DNA of 56,986 bases, the filler included, from Basidioascus undulatus (taxonomy: Eukaryota): assembly GCA_000826855.1 (NCBI GenBank). It is 4 parts of 4 records of this genome, joined end to end, with 100 filler letters (N's around TTAATTAATTAA, not from the genome) between each part and the next. Parts side by side here need not be neighbours in the genome. Positions count along the whole stretch, not along the records: positions 14,293 to 28,475 come from JTLS01000754.1; positions 28,576 to 42,742 come from JTLS01000755.1; 2 more parts are not named here. One strand, 5' to 3'. Within the stretch, counting starts at the first letter, position 1, and each line of letters begins with the position of its first letter. Below, piece after piece: positions 25,251 to 39,163 of the stretch. The translations under genes were made by a program, and so were the position numbers. Below the pieces are notes generated by a model that was given only the letters and a program-made list of their open reading frames with translations, was not told where the DNA came from and made no database searches.

Positions 25251-27600
25251 ACGACGGTCGGCTCGTCTGCCGTGACGAGGATGAACTGGCTGCTCGTCGC
25301 GCCCGTGCACTCAAGATATCTCAGCGAGCGAGTCAGGTTCCCAGGTGTGGCAACGGATGATCTCGCCCGGTACTGGCGGGGGAGCACCCTCAGGGATCAA
25401 AGAACCAGGGGCTTTGAGAATACGCATTGTAGAGATAATAGGAGGGTCGTGTGAGATGAGGGAAACAAGCGCCGCCGGCGGATGCAGGTAAGTTGGCGCA
25501 GGCTCGTGTTTCAGCGTCGACTGCCACTTTGTTTTGTTTACCTGTTGACCCTTTCTTCCACACTAAATGAAAGTTTCTAGATCCAATAGCCATAATAAAT
25601 CAATCTGAACCTTGCAACCGCAAATATTGCTGTTGCTAACTGAAGAGGGGGCGACGCTGCTGAAAGCATTGTTGAAGCTCTGGCCCGAGCCGACACCGTA
25701 CAAAGCATGGGTAATTTCTAAGTCCACATGCCCGTGTTGTGTATGTTTTCTGGTGGTGGTCCCCCGAGACCTTCACGCAAGAACTGGTTCGGGATCGACA
25801 GAGTTTTGGCACAGCACAAGCATCTCTTTCCAAAGATTAGGAACCCTGAGCACTTCTAACTGCACAACTGCAACTGCACAACTGCAAGTTGCCGTGCATG
25901 GGGCTGTGGCTTCTGTATGGCATCGGCGCGCCCGTCGTCAAGTGGCTTTTCGAGGTGTACTCCGTTCCACGGGGCCTTTACTATGGTAAATCTCTACCTT
26001 TTGACATAATATGAAAAAAATGTACCAGAGCGTATCAGGCGCTCGGCTTCAGCCAAGGCGTCCAAGTTCGCACTCAGCTGCGTGAGGCGTCTTAAAGCAG
26101 TCAGTTTCTTCACGGCCTGTTAACTGCCAGTAGCGCAAGTCTAAAGATGTGCCTGTATACTTTCGCAACACCACTGCCGCATATATTGAGTTGCGAGTTA
26201 TTCAATGGTTGGTATCGGACTGCGATGTAGCAGCCGATGCCGGTTATGCTCGACCTGACGAGCTCCCGTTGTCGACGCCGATAGCCCGAACATAGGTTCG
26301 GGGGTGTTCATTATGACGGCCGGCTGAGTGAGCTGCTGCAGCTTCTTTCACATTAAAGGTCGACAGACATCTGGCTGGCCTTCAGCTGTTCATCTCGCTT
26401 TCACACTCCACAAGCCGTCTTGTTTTCTGCACACTGCTTCACCCAGTCCATCCACAAAAAAAATAACAAAACGAAAAAAGTCTTTCGTATCCTTGAGCAT
26501 GCAAGCGCAATCGCGATTAATTTGCAACATTCGCAGACCGAGCTGCGGATCTGCGGAGCGACGCGTTGGCCCCTGAACGTGAGGCCTCGACCATCCTGAC
26601 TGCGTGCAGCTTGGCCGACAGCAACATCAGCGTCGACAGTTGCTCTCCGCTCTCAACAGAAGTCGCTCGTTTCTCAGATCCATCATCCACTTGCTCCACA
26701 CCGTCGTCGTCGTCGTCGCCGTGGACGCTGTCGCTCTCTATCCCTTTGCCGTTTGACTGCCGTTGCCAGCCCGGAGGCCTGATCGCGCTAATCAGTTAAG
26801 GACCAAGGTGAGCCTGGCGCGGTTGGTCTTCTTTCGCGGACCGAAGCGGGCGCCGCGGGACAGCTGCCGTCGAGTGCTTCTGGTCTTTGAGAAGTTGGGA
26901 CGTGGGTGGGGTGGGGATGATGACATGTGTCGTACGAGCGGCGGGCGTACGAGCGGAGGAGGAAGGCCGCATGGGGGAGCTGCGGGCGCCGCCTTTTCTG
27001 GCTTGCATTCCTCCTACGCTCTTCGCGCTGTCCTTGCATCTTTACTGGCCGTTGGACGAGTGAGTATAATGTCAAAGTGGCCAAGTAGACGACTACGCCG
27101 CACGCAGGGGAGACGAGAGCTGCGTAGCTTGGATGGGCTCGACGAAGAGGAGGACCCCCCTCAAGGCTGGCCCTTCCCCAGTCGACGTTCTTCCCCTGCG
27201 CATTCGAATGCTCTACACCAACTTACGGCCACGCGACCATCACAAACTCAGCGCATGTACTGACGCACGCGTATCTTGTGGCCAGCCTCACATAGACTTC
27301 GTCGCTCGCCCCTGCCGCTCGTTCCCCTCCTCACGCATCTCTCGAATCTGAAATGTGAGCGCTGGGACGGTTTAATTAGCTGGGAATGGTCATGCGGATT
27401 GGATGGGAGGAGGAAGGAACTTCTGCGGATCCAGCCTGGTTGCGATGCGGCGTCATGTCGCAGCTGCTTCGGTACCCGCAAGACACCTCGCGGGAACTGA
27501 CGCAGCCTCCTCAATTGCCCCTACGCAGTTCCTCCCCCGACAGCCAGACCGACCGACCGCACAATGATATAGTCCCCCCCCCATCACCGCAATCACACAT

Positions 27601-28475
27601 ATGGGCATCCTCGACTTCCTCCACCCCACCGGCGACACCGCCCCGGACGACCACCCCAGCAAGCACCAGCAGAAGCGGCGCTCGACCTTTGGGCTCTTTG
27701 GGGCCGGGGCGGGGGAGCCCAAGGAAAAGGAGAAGGGTCCGCGGGCGGGGGCGCAGACGGAGCAGCCCCCGCCGTATGAGGAGCGCCCGGGCAGGCTCGT
27801 CTCGACGAGGCGGACGACGACGACTACCGTCGTGGAAGAGACGACGATGTGGAGGAGGGCTAGTCGGGAAGAGGTGCGTATTCAGATTTCTGGTGCTGTT
27901 GAACACGTTGTGTTGATGTTGGGTTGAGATCGGCAGTCGCACACCCAGCAGCAGGAGCCTCCGCCAGTCACCATCACGCCTGCCGAATCGCCCCCGCACC
28001 TTACCGCTTCGCCCCTCGCGATCCCGAACGGCCCTGGCTCCTCGAACCTCTCTCGCACCCCCGACGCATACCCCTTCCCCTCCCCCTCCGCTTCTCCCTC
28101 GATCCAGATCGACCCGGCCTCCCCATCCAAGCACCCCCCGCTGACATCCAGCGCAGCCGCGGCGCTCGCGCAAGCCTCGCTCGGCCTCATCGCCGGGAAC
28201 GTCCCCTCCCTGCCGTCGTCCCTGCCGTCGCCCTCCTCCCCCTCAGGGCGCCGCAGCGTCACCCTCCCGCCGAGCAGCCCGGGCGCGGAGTCCAAAGTAC
28301 GGCGCGAGGGCGGCATGCGGATCTTGAGTCTCCGCCGCGCGAAGAGTTTCGCTTCCCCACGGCGCACGACAATGGACGAGACTTTACGCCGCTCGTCCCT
28401 GGACAGGAGCGTTTTCCCGACGAGCAGCACGACCATCTCGGTCCCCCACCCCAACCCCATCAAGCATAGATCGGA
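27601..28475 (+). CDS. Ser/Pro/Arg-rich hypothetical protein, 5' part only (cut by linker)
   Basis: MGILDFLHPTG...PPPYEERP...WRRASREE, GTGCGT..AG intron, then an open low-complexity frame running into the gap; high GC3. Confidence 0.6.
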
Positions 28476-28575
28476 NNNNNNNNNNNNNNNNNNNNNNNNN
28501 NNNNNNNNNNNNNNNNNNNTTAATTAATTAANNNNNNNNNNNNNNNNNNNNNNNNNNNNNNNNNNNNNNNNNNNN
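28476..28575. other. Artificial contig linker (44 N + TTAATTAATTAA + 44 N)
   Basis: Same 100-nt spacer. Confidence 0.97.
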
Positions 28576-28646
28576 CCACTGCAGGGGTCGAACCTGCGAC
28601 TTTGGAGTTATTAGCTCCACACTCTAACCAACTGAGTTAAGCGGCC
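28576..28646 (-). tRNA. tRNA-Ile(AAT), last 3 nt cut by contig end
   Basis: Exact reverse complement of the first 71 nt of the tRNA at 29888; anticodon arm TGGAG-CT-AAT-AA-CTCCA. Confidence 0.93.
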
Positions 28647-29887
28647 TACAAGTTCCCTTCGCTTGTGAACTTATTGAATCGGGATGGTGAAAGACGAATT
28701 GGGCAAGTGAGCTGAGGTGAGGTGTCGATAAAGTGGGAGGAAAAGTGGGTATGGAACACTTGAGCCTGCTACCCAAATGGTGCGCGGTCGTGCTCGTCGG
28801 AGAAATTTGCCGTCCGTTCGGCAGCAGCTGTCGAAGGGACAGTGGGCGTACGGAAGAGGCTGGAAAGAACAGGGATCGGAGGACTGGTTGGAAAGGCTGC
28901 TGAAAGAGACTTTTGATCGAAAGGGTTTGTTTGTTTCAAGCAGCGCTATGCCGGTACTTGTCAGTCTTTCGCAGTGCCTCGCCGCGGGCTGACATTGTTC
29001 TCAGTGTGCCGCTCGGTCCCTATTGGTTCCAGGAAAGAGTTGTGAGTGTGCATCTTAGGTTTACCCGAGAAAAGTTGAAGGAAGGCTTGAGTTCCGGAAG
29101 AAGGACTCTAGTCGGAGCACTTTGGGCGGGCGCATCGTCAGAGAAAGATTCCCGTACCTCACGGGCGTCCGCTGGTCCAAACAAGAATATATATATATAT
29201 TTTAGTCTCTTGGATGTAATAGGAGAAAGGGACCAAAAAATTCATGTAGCCATTAGACGGAAGCTCTTGATCTGGTCCCCGAGGTGCAGGTGAATAGGCA
29301 GCAGCCGGCTGCAAGATGACCTGCGCGAAGTTCATTGTGCCAAACCGCCCGCGTGCTGTACCCCTTGATGATATGAAACTTGGAGACGGCCTGAAGTGGA
29401 AATTTGGCCTGGTTTAAACCCATGACAACAAAAACGTATAGGTTTTAGGGAACGCTCGAAGGTGCGACTCAGTACCAGCAGCTGGTACATCGCCGTCGCG
29501 CCTGGAAAGCTACCGGGTTGGCCCTACGTCGAAAGTACCAGGGAATGCTTAAAACTCGCATATCAATTTCACAAAAAGGCAGAGGCTCGGTGCACTGGCA
29601 GGCTGGAAGGAGCGTCGCGCAGGTGGCATGGGTGGGCGTGCAGGTGCGCTCGCCGCTCTGGAATCCCGGGCAGAGGACCGTCTCGACTGTGGGTCGTCCT
29701 GAGATTCCTTCCAATCTTGAACTGAAGGGTCGCAGACATTCGTGAGACACAAGCGAAATCCTCTCGCGCACGGACATGTCTCCGATTCCACACCGACGTT
29801 CCCTTTCATTTTTCCCATACTCTCTCCTGCTGCACTCGTGTTCCTGTGTCATTTCGACTACAGTATGTATGCCAAAAAAAGAGCATT

Positions 29888-29961
29888 GGCCGCTTAACTC
29901 AGTTGGTTAGAGTGTGGAGCTAATAACTCCAAAGTCGCAGGTTCGACCCCTGCAGTGGCCA
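29888..29961 (+). tRNA. tRNA-Ile(AAT), intronless
   Basis: GGCCGCTTAACTCAGTTGGTTAGAG...CTAATAA...GCAGGTTCGACCCCTGCAGTGGCCA cloverleaf, followed by TTTCTTTTGCTTTTTT terminator. Confidence 0.96.
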
Positions 29962-30581
29962 TTTCTTTTGCTTTTTTGATTCTATATTCATGCACAATCC
30001 GGCAGCGGGAGGCAGTCGGGGCTGGAACAACGCGAGAGCACGCCTGAAACGCTTGCATGCAGCGCTCTTTTTTCTCTCATCGCCTTCCGTCCCATTCCTA
30101 TAATCCGCAGTCGAGCTGATGTATCCAAATCGGCCAATATATAAATGCAGAGCGCCCTCTATCAGTGTCGTATAAGGCGTTGAGGTTGAGCGTAACTCGC
30201 CTCGGGCCAAACCGTGCAACTCGGGCCTCGTCTGATTCTCAAGGTTTCAAGTAACGCAGTACAGAACTTCAAACGAGTCGGCTCTCAACGGACGGGTGGC
30301 TTGGAGGCTCCCAATCCAAACGAGGTGTTGCTAGTTCGCTAGATGGCTGGCTTGCCCGCCTGCAAGCGTTGCGGTCGCTGTCCCTGCAACTATCGAAGAA
30401 CAGTGTTCTCGGGACCAGTTCAAGACTCAAGGCAAACCCAATCAGTCGAAACACGTTCTCATTACAGCCCACATAGTAAGTACGACACATCAACCATCCG
30501 GGATTCCGTCCTAGCTGATCTGCCTCTCAAAGGTCGTCTACCAGTCGTGCCTTCTTTCTTGAGTCATACAAAATTATGGGG

Positions 30582-33500
30582 TTACAGTACAAATCGGAAG
30601 TCCTGTAGATGCAACGGGAATTTCAGCATCGGGTCTTTGTGTTTGCGGGAGACACGGCAAGATGGCTCCCGTACCTTGTTCTCGTACTCCGTCTCATCGC
30701 GCATGCCTGCGTCGGCGCTGCGCTTGGCGTCGGGAGGGCCGTACCTGCGAACAAAAATTAAGGTTAACCTGAGATTCTGGACGTCTCCACTTGGAAGATG
30801 AGACTCACTTGGCGTCGCGGCGCTTGTTGATGCCGTACATGATCACACCGAGCAGCCTGGCAATCGGAGTTGAGCGTCACCGCTTCAGTGCGGAATAGGA
30901 ATTTAGAGAAAGTGGCTTACGCATGGCAGAATAGCTTGGCAGAGTAGCTCGCAAGCATGGCGATACTGGCAGAGCGGCTGGAAGTCGCCGTGCCCTCAGT
31001 CAGTCTCGCAAGTTGCGCTTAGGCGAAGGAGGGGAAGACTGACTACCGCGGCGCCTCGCTGTCGAAGACCATGTAAGGCCCAATAATATTGCCAATGCAG
31101 TACGCGGCGAAGACAAGCGCGCTCGTAACTGTGTAAAGAAGCAGCTCGAACGTCAGAATAAGCCCGAAGGAGAGAGCCAGCGAGCGGGGCGCGGGACCTG
31201 CCTTGCTTCTTGGTGTATCCGGCGGTGTTGGAGGAGATCATGACGAGTCCGAGGGCCTATAGACGGGAACTTGGTAAGCTGGTAATCAGGCCTCTTTAAG
31301 TCGACGCGGCGAACTTACGAAGCCGACAGACTGGGTGTTGATGAGCCAGAAGGACTGTGGATGATGCTTCAGGGTGCGTCCTTCCACACTTCTTGCGTAC
31401 GGTACTCACCACCAGACGGCCCCAGGTGTACGACTCAGGCAAATAAGCCATGGTCGCAGACCCGATAACGCAAATGATGTTGCCCGCAGTCGCCATAAGA
31501 AGACGGGCTGGAATGGGGCGAAGAAGTGAGCATCAGCTTCGGTCCGCGGCGTTCTGGACAGTTCAATAGGGACGCACTGTTGGGAAAGAAAGTCGCAACG
31601 GTGCCGGCAATGATCAAGCTGATGATCTGCAGAGAGCGGCCGGCTGTTTGGGAGAAGCCGACGATCAGTCATCGAAAAGCGCAAAAGATGAGGAGGCGTC
31701 CATGGCGCTGGACGTACCGCAGTCGAGGAGAGTGGCGTGGAAGTCGCTGAAGCCCATGTCCGTGATGATGATCGCTGGAAAATCAACACAAGTCAGACTT
31801 CACTTTACCAGCGACTCCAACGGTTGACGAGACTTGCAGCTGAAGTTGGTCAGGATGCCGTTGGGGATGGAGGATCCCAGCATGGCAATCGTAAGGCACC
31901 ATGACTGATTCAAACACTCAGCGTCAGCTAAGCCGGCCGATAGCCGCAGATCAGCAGTTTTCACTCACCTTCGGGTCCTTCAGCGCGGCCCACATGTGTT
32001 CGCGCTTGAACTTCTTCGACTTGATGCCCGTCGCGTTGTTGGCAACGCGTCCGACAGCCTGTCCAGTACCGAAGGTGCATCAGCACGCACGCACGACAGA
32101 CTCGAGAAAGAAGGGCGGTGAAGAGCACGCACAAGGATACGCTGCTGCTGGTTGAGGAACTTGGCATTGCCGGGCTGTACAAGGGTTGATTTGGTTAGTG
32201 TCGAGAACTCGGCAACGTGCTTATTTCGACGGAGAATAAGACGGACCGAGTCGGAGAGGAAGAAGAAGAGGAATACGCCCCCTTTCGTGCGCTCCTATTA
32301 AACTGATGGCTCCTGAAAGTATCTGTTTAAACGGCGGACTTACAAGCAATGGTGATGCTTCCCAAGATGTAGAAGATGAGCTGTCAGGCAACGGCATGGT
32401 CAGTATCATAAATGCCGGTCGGGATAGGCTGACTGCTAAGAACGCACCTGCCAGCGAGGAGGCCCTCCGTAGGTCGCCTCGTTGATCTTGGACTGTGTGG
32501 GCGAAGAAGGTGTAAGGAGGGCTGTGGAGACCCAAGAGGAGACTCGTGGAGGCGTACAATGCCGGCCGCCATCAGACCGCCGATGACGCCTCCCCAGCCG
32601 ACCGCCGTGTACCAGAGGCTACAGAGAGTGGGGAGTCAGCTTCGGCTAGCCCTCGAGGAGCAGGTGAATGTGCGTCTGGAGCAACTTACGTCTGCCGCAA
32701 CGGAATCTCTTGACGGGTCCCTGGTGAGAGTAAAATGCGTAAGCGGGTTGAAGCCTTCGATCTCCAACATGAACGTACACCAGAAGCCCGTCATAAGGCT
32801 GAAATGAGGGCGGAAAAGTCAGTTTCGAAGCAACCTAGTCTATGGCAACAGCACCGCTACTTACGACAAGCCGGGAGTGACAGCGGCCTCAAACATTCCT
32901 GCACCAAAACCGAAGAGTGCATCAGCAGGTTAACTCACAGAAATGACACGGTAACATGGAACGCACCCATGAACAAACGGTTGACGAGCGCGCCCGCAAA
33001 GTTGAAGCACGAGGCCATCGTAAGGACCTGTAACGGAACGGTCAAGGCCCTTCAAAAGGTGACGGGTAAAGCTTCGTAGAAAGACACATACAGCGATACC
33101 CCAGACGACACAGCTCGTACCCAGGACTCGCCCAGCCGGGTACTTGCCAAGGAGAATGCCAAAAGGTTCCTGTGGACCAATGTGTCAAAGCCTCGAAAAG
33201 GTATACAAGAGATACCGGAAAGAACTATACCTGAGCGATCAAGTAACCGACGTAGAACACTGGAACAACAACGTGTCAGCATTTGGCCTCGAGTCCAAAC
33301 TCGGCTGTTGTCGTTAGACTCACTCGATGCGACTGTGCTGTACTGGCTTCCGGACATGCCCAGCACCTCTGTTCACAATAGACGGTCATCTGAGAGTGGG
33401 GGGAGAAGCCCCTGAGCACCACGACGTACTGGACATTCCTGTACATCGAGAGATCACATCAGCGATACTTTTCCGACAGCACTGCAAGGAGCTTGACTCA

Positions 33501-34218
33501 CCAAAGAGGTTCGCATAGTTCAAAGCGGTTTTGTCTAAACGCGCTGGTCAGCCATGCCTCGCAATACGCAAACGGAAGCTGTGAGTCGTCGCGTACCGAT
33601 GTATTGCAGGGTCTGGGTGCTGCGGGCGATGTGAAGCCGACAGCCATCAGCTCGGGCACAACACCGTGAAGAGATTGTGAGAGACGTACACAAGGAACTG
33701 TGCAGATTGTGAAAGCTCTATGAGTTCGATCACTTGTGTGAGGACTCAAATGAACATACAATGGGAAGAAGAATGAGGTCAATCCGTCGCAAAATTTGCC
33801 TGTTCTGCGCTGGCGTCTACACCACAGAAAGGATGTTCAGTAGGCAGTCCGTACCGACTTCATCTGAGACCACAAGGCGACCCTTACAATTTCCGGGCCC
33901 TGCTGGGCTTGCTTGTACTCTGAATGGGCGCCGAGCCTCAGAGACAAGGCCTTTTCAGCTTCGAAATATCAATGCTACTCACGTTCCAAACCAACGTTGT
34001 CGCCATCGTCCTCCTTGCTGAATTGATCCTCTCTCGCGTCAGGTGCGTGCTTTCCCCGCACAGGAAAAGGAGTAATCGCCCAATGAAACGCACATAGTCT
34101 CGGGTACGTTCACCCGCTCCCGCTCCTCGATCCACACCTTTTCCTTGTCGGTGCTGAATTCAGACGCGGAGTAGGTGAAAGACGTGGACGTCGTAGTGCG
34201 GGTGATGTTTGTTGCCAT
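30582..34218 (-). CDS. MFS transporter, allantoate permease (DAL5/ACS) family, many short exons
   Basis: Exon peptides GSQYSTVAS, LEIEGFNPLTHFT, WYTAVGWGGVIGGLMAAGIY, HMWAALKDPK, WAGILHPQRHP-overlapping IPNGILTNFS, ISSNTAGYTKK, GINKRRDAK/YGPP, DETEYENK/DFRFVL*. Start MATNITRTT at 34218. Confidence 0.85.
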
Positions 34219-36926
34219 CGTAACTGTGCTTTCTGGTCGTGTGCGGTGATCGATGGTTGTGGACGTTCCTCGACGAGTTCTAGCGCTGGCTCGGCGGGCG
34301 GGGCTCAGCACTGCGAGGAAGATGGGGTGGTAGGACAGAAACGCGGGGCCGCCAGCTAGATCAATGGCTTTATGAATCTGCCGCCTGCTTGGCGAACCGA
34401 TAAACTATGGTCGACTGGTGGGTGGGCGCTGAAGTCACCGCCGGCGGTGAAAGGGCATTGCAGTCCCTCAGATGACGCTGCCAAGCCACCGCAGAAACAT
34501 TCATCTTGGTTATGGCAGGCCATACAGACAGAATCTAGACAGAGCATAAGGCATGAAATTCTTCGCGAAATGGTCAGAAGGGGAAGAAGGGAGCGCACTC
34601 CGCCCGAGGGTCGGGAACCCGTTGCGTACCGACTGCAACCGTCAGCTTTAGCCCCACACCGCTGACAACGTGACATTGGGGCGATGTGAAGTTTATGTGG
34701 AGAATGTGCGGTGCACCAACTGGGGATGAGTAGCTGCACGTTCCTGATGGTGGAGAACGGGCAAGGAAACCGGCCCGAAAAAGCTGAGCGATAACGCAGG
34801 GTCGATCGTGAGGCACTGCACAGCGTGGTCGAGGCTTGGCATTGGACCTGCGGCGTTTTGGGATGCGGCGTTTTGGATACGTAACCACTGCCTGCCGCTT
34901 TCCAAGTCGCAGGAACACAAAGGAACATTTTTTTAATGTCACCCTAAAGGATCACTTACGTTAACCTGTGTCGCCATCGCGATGCGAATCAGCCCAAGAA
35001 ATGTGACGAGCCCGGAGTGCCGGCTACACCGTCAGCACCGCGCTCGCAGGAGACGCGCCGGCGCGGTGACCAGCAATAGTTATTATGAGGCAAAGTATGG
35101 AAAGAGAGGGGTTTTAAGCGCGTCGAGAACCCCGAAACCACCATCGGGCGAGCCAGGCTTAGGCTGGTACATGTAAGAGCTTGCGTTTCAGAGGTTTCGC
35201 GTGCAAAATTGCAGAACAGTCTAGACCTTAGGTACCGTTCCGAAGACCTATCTCAGTTTGGAAATGGATTCTGATCGCAAACAGGCTCTGAATATGGGAT
35301 GGCAATGCAAAGTCGGAGACGCTGGCATGTGGAGGAAACAAGTGTGAAAGCTCGAAGTCGACCTTGCTTTGTTTTGTCGATGTACGGCACTCAAACGCAC
35401 AATGACTAGCGTTTAACTCAATTAATATGAACATAAAATATCCTCCCTTTTGTCTTCTTCATCGGGCTAGCAGGACATCAGCCTTGGTTGCGTGGAGCGG
35501 ACAGCACAAGCCGTGCCAGCCCAGGTCAGGGCCATGGTGCCTTTGGACCTTGCTGGTCTCTGAGAAATCCCCCTTGTTAAAAAAATTGGCCCCCGCGCCA
35601 GCAGGGGAATGATAAACCTTGCGGCAGCTGTGCGCCTTCGTCACATGAGCAGCGTTGCAGACGCTGCACCAGACCTGCGAGAAAGCGTGCTACGCCGCCT
35701 TGTTAGTTTCAATCAGGACGACCTTTTATTTGCCTGATTTCTTGTATACATATGAACCAACTACCGTCCGAGGAATACTACCTTCTGAGGAAGACGAGGT
35801 CGTCGCACTACACTGGAAGATGCACTCAGGCCGCCAATTGAAGCTGGAGCGCACGTTCCAGGCTGACCGCTGCTTTGAGCAGTTCAAAATGTTGTACTCT
35901 TCCAAGTTTCCCTTAATTCTCTCCACCTGGCTCCGGAGCTTGGATGGGTCCTCGGAGAAGCGCTTCAAGGCTCTGCCGAAGGCAGTGTCGCGCACGAGGT
36001 GTCGGATGAGCATGTCCCGGACGACGGTGTTAACAGGAACGGTCTGGGATGCTGATAAATATGATAGTGGAAGAAGAATTAGGAAGTAACATGAATGTTG
36101 TATGGGAGAAGGGAGCTTGAGCAGTTTCCTCCTGGGTGGGAGCAGGCTGTGGATCTCTGAGTCGACGCGGCACAGGCCAATAGATTTGTCTTGAACGCAA
36201 TGCGATGGTGGAAAGTGTAGATTTTGAATTCCGATATGGTGTTTGTTCAAACCTTTTCCTGTGAAAAGATGCAGCACATATGGACTGCAGAATTGTACGC
36301 GAAGTGACAGGGCACCCGCCAAACTGCTCGCTTCCAGCAGCGCACTAACTATTCAGAATAAAGTATGGTTACTACATTCAGCCCCAAGTATAACTTCAGA
36401 TTTCTTGCTTTACACTCGGAGCGATTCAGCTGGCGGAGGCACACGATTCACATCGTTTAGTTCCCACGCTCAGCAGAAGCCGCAGTCGATCAAATCACCA
36501 GAATCTTCGGGTCAGGACAAGCACAAAGGATGGGAATGAGGAACGAAGTCTGGTTCAGCATGAAGCGTCTGAGGGCTGCCAATCCGCCTGCTTGGTCGGA
36601 ATCGGTGCCACGCTGAGCGCTGAGCATGGCGCAATTGGTGGAAACGTTGGGGCATCAAAGCTCTGCGTTCACATGCGGGATCAGCTTCTTACTAAAGCTC
36701 TCCAGCACGGCCGCCTAACTTCCAAAGAAACATGTAGTTACGAGCGAGCCTGGCTTCATCTGGCTTAAACTGCTCGAAGAACCTTACAGAGTGTGAAGGG
36801 GCGAGCAGCCGCCAATCAGCTCAACGCAACCCTCCCATTCACTTTGCCAGAGTCCGGTCGAAGCGTACACCTAGTCTCCCATCTGCGAAGAAGGATCCCT
36901 GTCAGTCTCCGAAAATCAAAGAAACG

Positions 36927-37663
36927 TCAACGACGCACCATGTCCTGGACCCTCGGCACGCTGTTAGCATGATTGGCCTCGAGCTGCGTGCCTCGGCGAC
37001 GGTCTTGCCCTCCAAGCGAGCGTACGCTTTCACGTCCATTCTGATCGTCTCCTTCAGATAAAGCGCCCATTCGCGGGCGTTCAGAGGGCGACCGAGTCTG
37101 TCTCATACCCCCACGGTCACACTCGACAGCGCACCGCAAGAGTAAGTGAAATGAAGTTGCATAGAGCACGCACATGTCGCAGAGCCCCTGTACCGCGTCA
37201 ATGCAGATAAGCCGTCCTCGCTGAGCTTGCTCTTGCGCCCGCTGCTGCCCTTGGATCGTGAGCGACGAATCACGCAGCGCGAGGCGACGGTGATGTGGTC
37301 GGTGAGGGACGTGAAGTGCTTGCTCAAATCGAGTCAGAATTTTGGGTGAGGATTCTGGGCGAAAGATCTCACGAAGGTCCATTTCCAGACCTCCTTGCAG
37401 GCGACGAGCTTGCAGACCGCCGAGTGCTTCACGACAGCCGCAGCCAGCGCCGTCCAGTCCGGCGTCTTCCCCGCCTTCCCATCAGGTCGGACGGGGAGAC
37501 CGAGCGCGACTTGGTGCAGGCGATGCTGAAGAAGCTGTCGCCGGCGTAGAGCTTGCGGAAGAGGCGAGGTCTGCGAGAGCGCGACGTGCGCCGAGAGATA
37601 CGGAATGTGAGACCGGATCTCGACGAGGATCTCAGCAGGGAGAGAGGTGAGCGTGGCGGACAT
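36927..37663 (-). pseudogene. F-box domain protein, frameshifted relic
   Basis: MSATLTSLPAEILVEIRSHIPYLSAHVALSQTS is a clear F-box. The expected continuation (FRKLYAGDSFFSIAC) is in another frame, then returns (PDWTALAAAVVKH). 3' end approximate. Confidence 0.6.
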
Positions 37664-38166
37664 AGTTTCTTAGATTTTGCTATGGGTGGGATGGAGGGCG
37701 GTGGTGGTGGAGTTTTCGAGGGAAGTTCGGCGGTGCACTCGTACGCGATTCTGTCCGAGAAGGTTGCAGCGGTCTGTCAGAACAGGTCAGTCCGGCTAAG
37801 ATCCATTTTTTCGGGGGAAGCAGTTTGAATCTGTTCTTGTATCCTAACCAACCTGTCATCAGCCTCAAAAGTCTTGTCATCAGCAAGTCGCAGCGTCATT
37901 TCGTTGGTGAGAAGGCATGCGGAGTCACGGACGGCTTTGAAAGCACCTGCCAATTTTGTGAACGCTCGCTTGTGGACATTATGAGCGGACCATAATAGCT
38001 AAACTAGCTCCCTTGCGATCGGGTGCAGAATCAGATGCTCGAAGGTTATAAAACGCAGCTGGGGCCGGCCTTTCTGCAAACGCCACCATCTTCCTCGCAC
38101 TTTCGACTTCACTCCCAACTGTACAAACGACAAACCCATCCCATTAGCTTTTATTCAAGCACAACC

Positions 38167-39000
38167 ATGACCTCGCAGACGAACAACAACGCTCAGACAC
38201 TCTTCATCATGGGCGCCGGCCCCGGAATCGCCTCTGCCGGTGCGTTTTTTACAGCTGCCCCAGAACCTTGCCTCTTCGAACCAGAGCTGATCACCCCACC
38301 CATTATTTCCACCTAGTGGCCAGCCTCTTCGTCCCCCGTGGCTACTCCAACCTCGGCATCATCTCGCGCTCGTTGTCTACGCTCTACACGCTCGCGGCCT
38401 TGCCTGCTCTGACCGTCACCACCAAGGTCGCCACCGCCACCCCGACGCCGCGGACGCTACCGCCCTCGTTTCAGCGCTCGACAAGATCAAGCAGGAGCTC
38501 GGAGCGCCCAGCGTGGTCGTCTACAATGCCGCGACCTACGGGTGGGACCCGAAGGACGTGCTCGACTTGTCGCCGGACGAGCTTACGCAACCTGATGACG
38601 GTCGGAGCGCTGGCGCGAAGCTTTATAACTTCCTTTAGACGCAGTCTGGTTGGTACTGACGCGAGTCGGGAGGTATGACCACTGCCAAGTGGGCGGCTGT
38701 GAACGCCGTCGGAGCGGCCGGGGGGAAGATCACTGTAAGATTGCATTGCATAGCAAGAATTAAGAACTGGTACTGTAGGCTAAAGAAGCCCCGCCTCTCC
38801 TTTCGAAACAGGTGCTCATCACTGGCGGCTTCCCTCCGCCGATCTTCGCTGGTCTCCGCATCAGTGAAGTCGCATTCCGCGAGTTCAGCAAGGTTCGCAA
38901 GCTCTACTATCTCACCGCGGAGATGATATGGCTGACGAAAATTCCCCGTATCTGTCGTTCCGAACTTGCAGCAACTCCACCATGCCCTTAAGCTTCAAGA
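38167..39000 (+). pseudogene. Short-chain dehydrogenase/reductase (SDR) relic
   Basis: TATAAAA near 38047; TLFIMGAGPGIASA (Rossmann glycine motif), intron, VASLF..LGIISRS, frameshift to LDKIKQELGAPSVVVYNAA, then VLITGG; downstream catalytic region disrupted. Confidence 0.7.
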
Positions 39001-39163
39001 TGCGCAGTCGCCGGGGGCGGGTTTCAGAGCGGTTCCGTCCAGCATTCCTGATTTTTGCCTGGCTATTCCTAGGAACCCACGTCGCCTACACTCTCGTGGC
39101 CTGAGTCGTCGGCGATGTGCGGCACGCTGCTCTAGTGAGTATCTTCGATGGTTTCCTATTACA

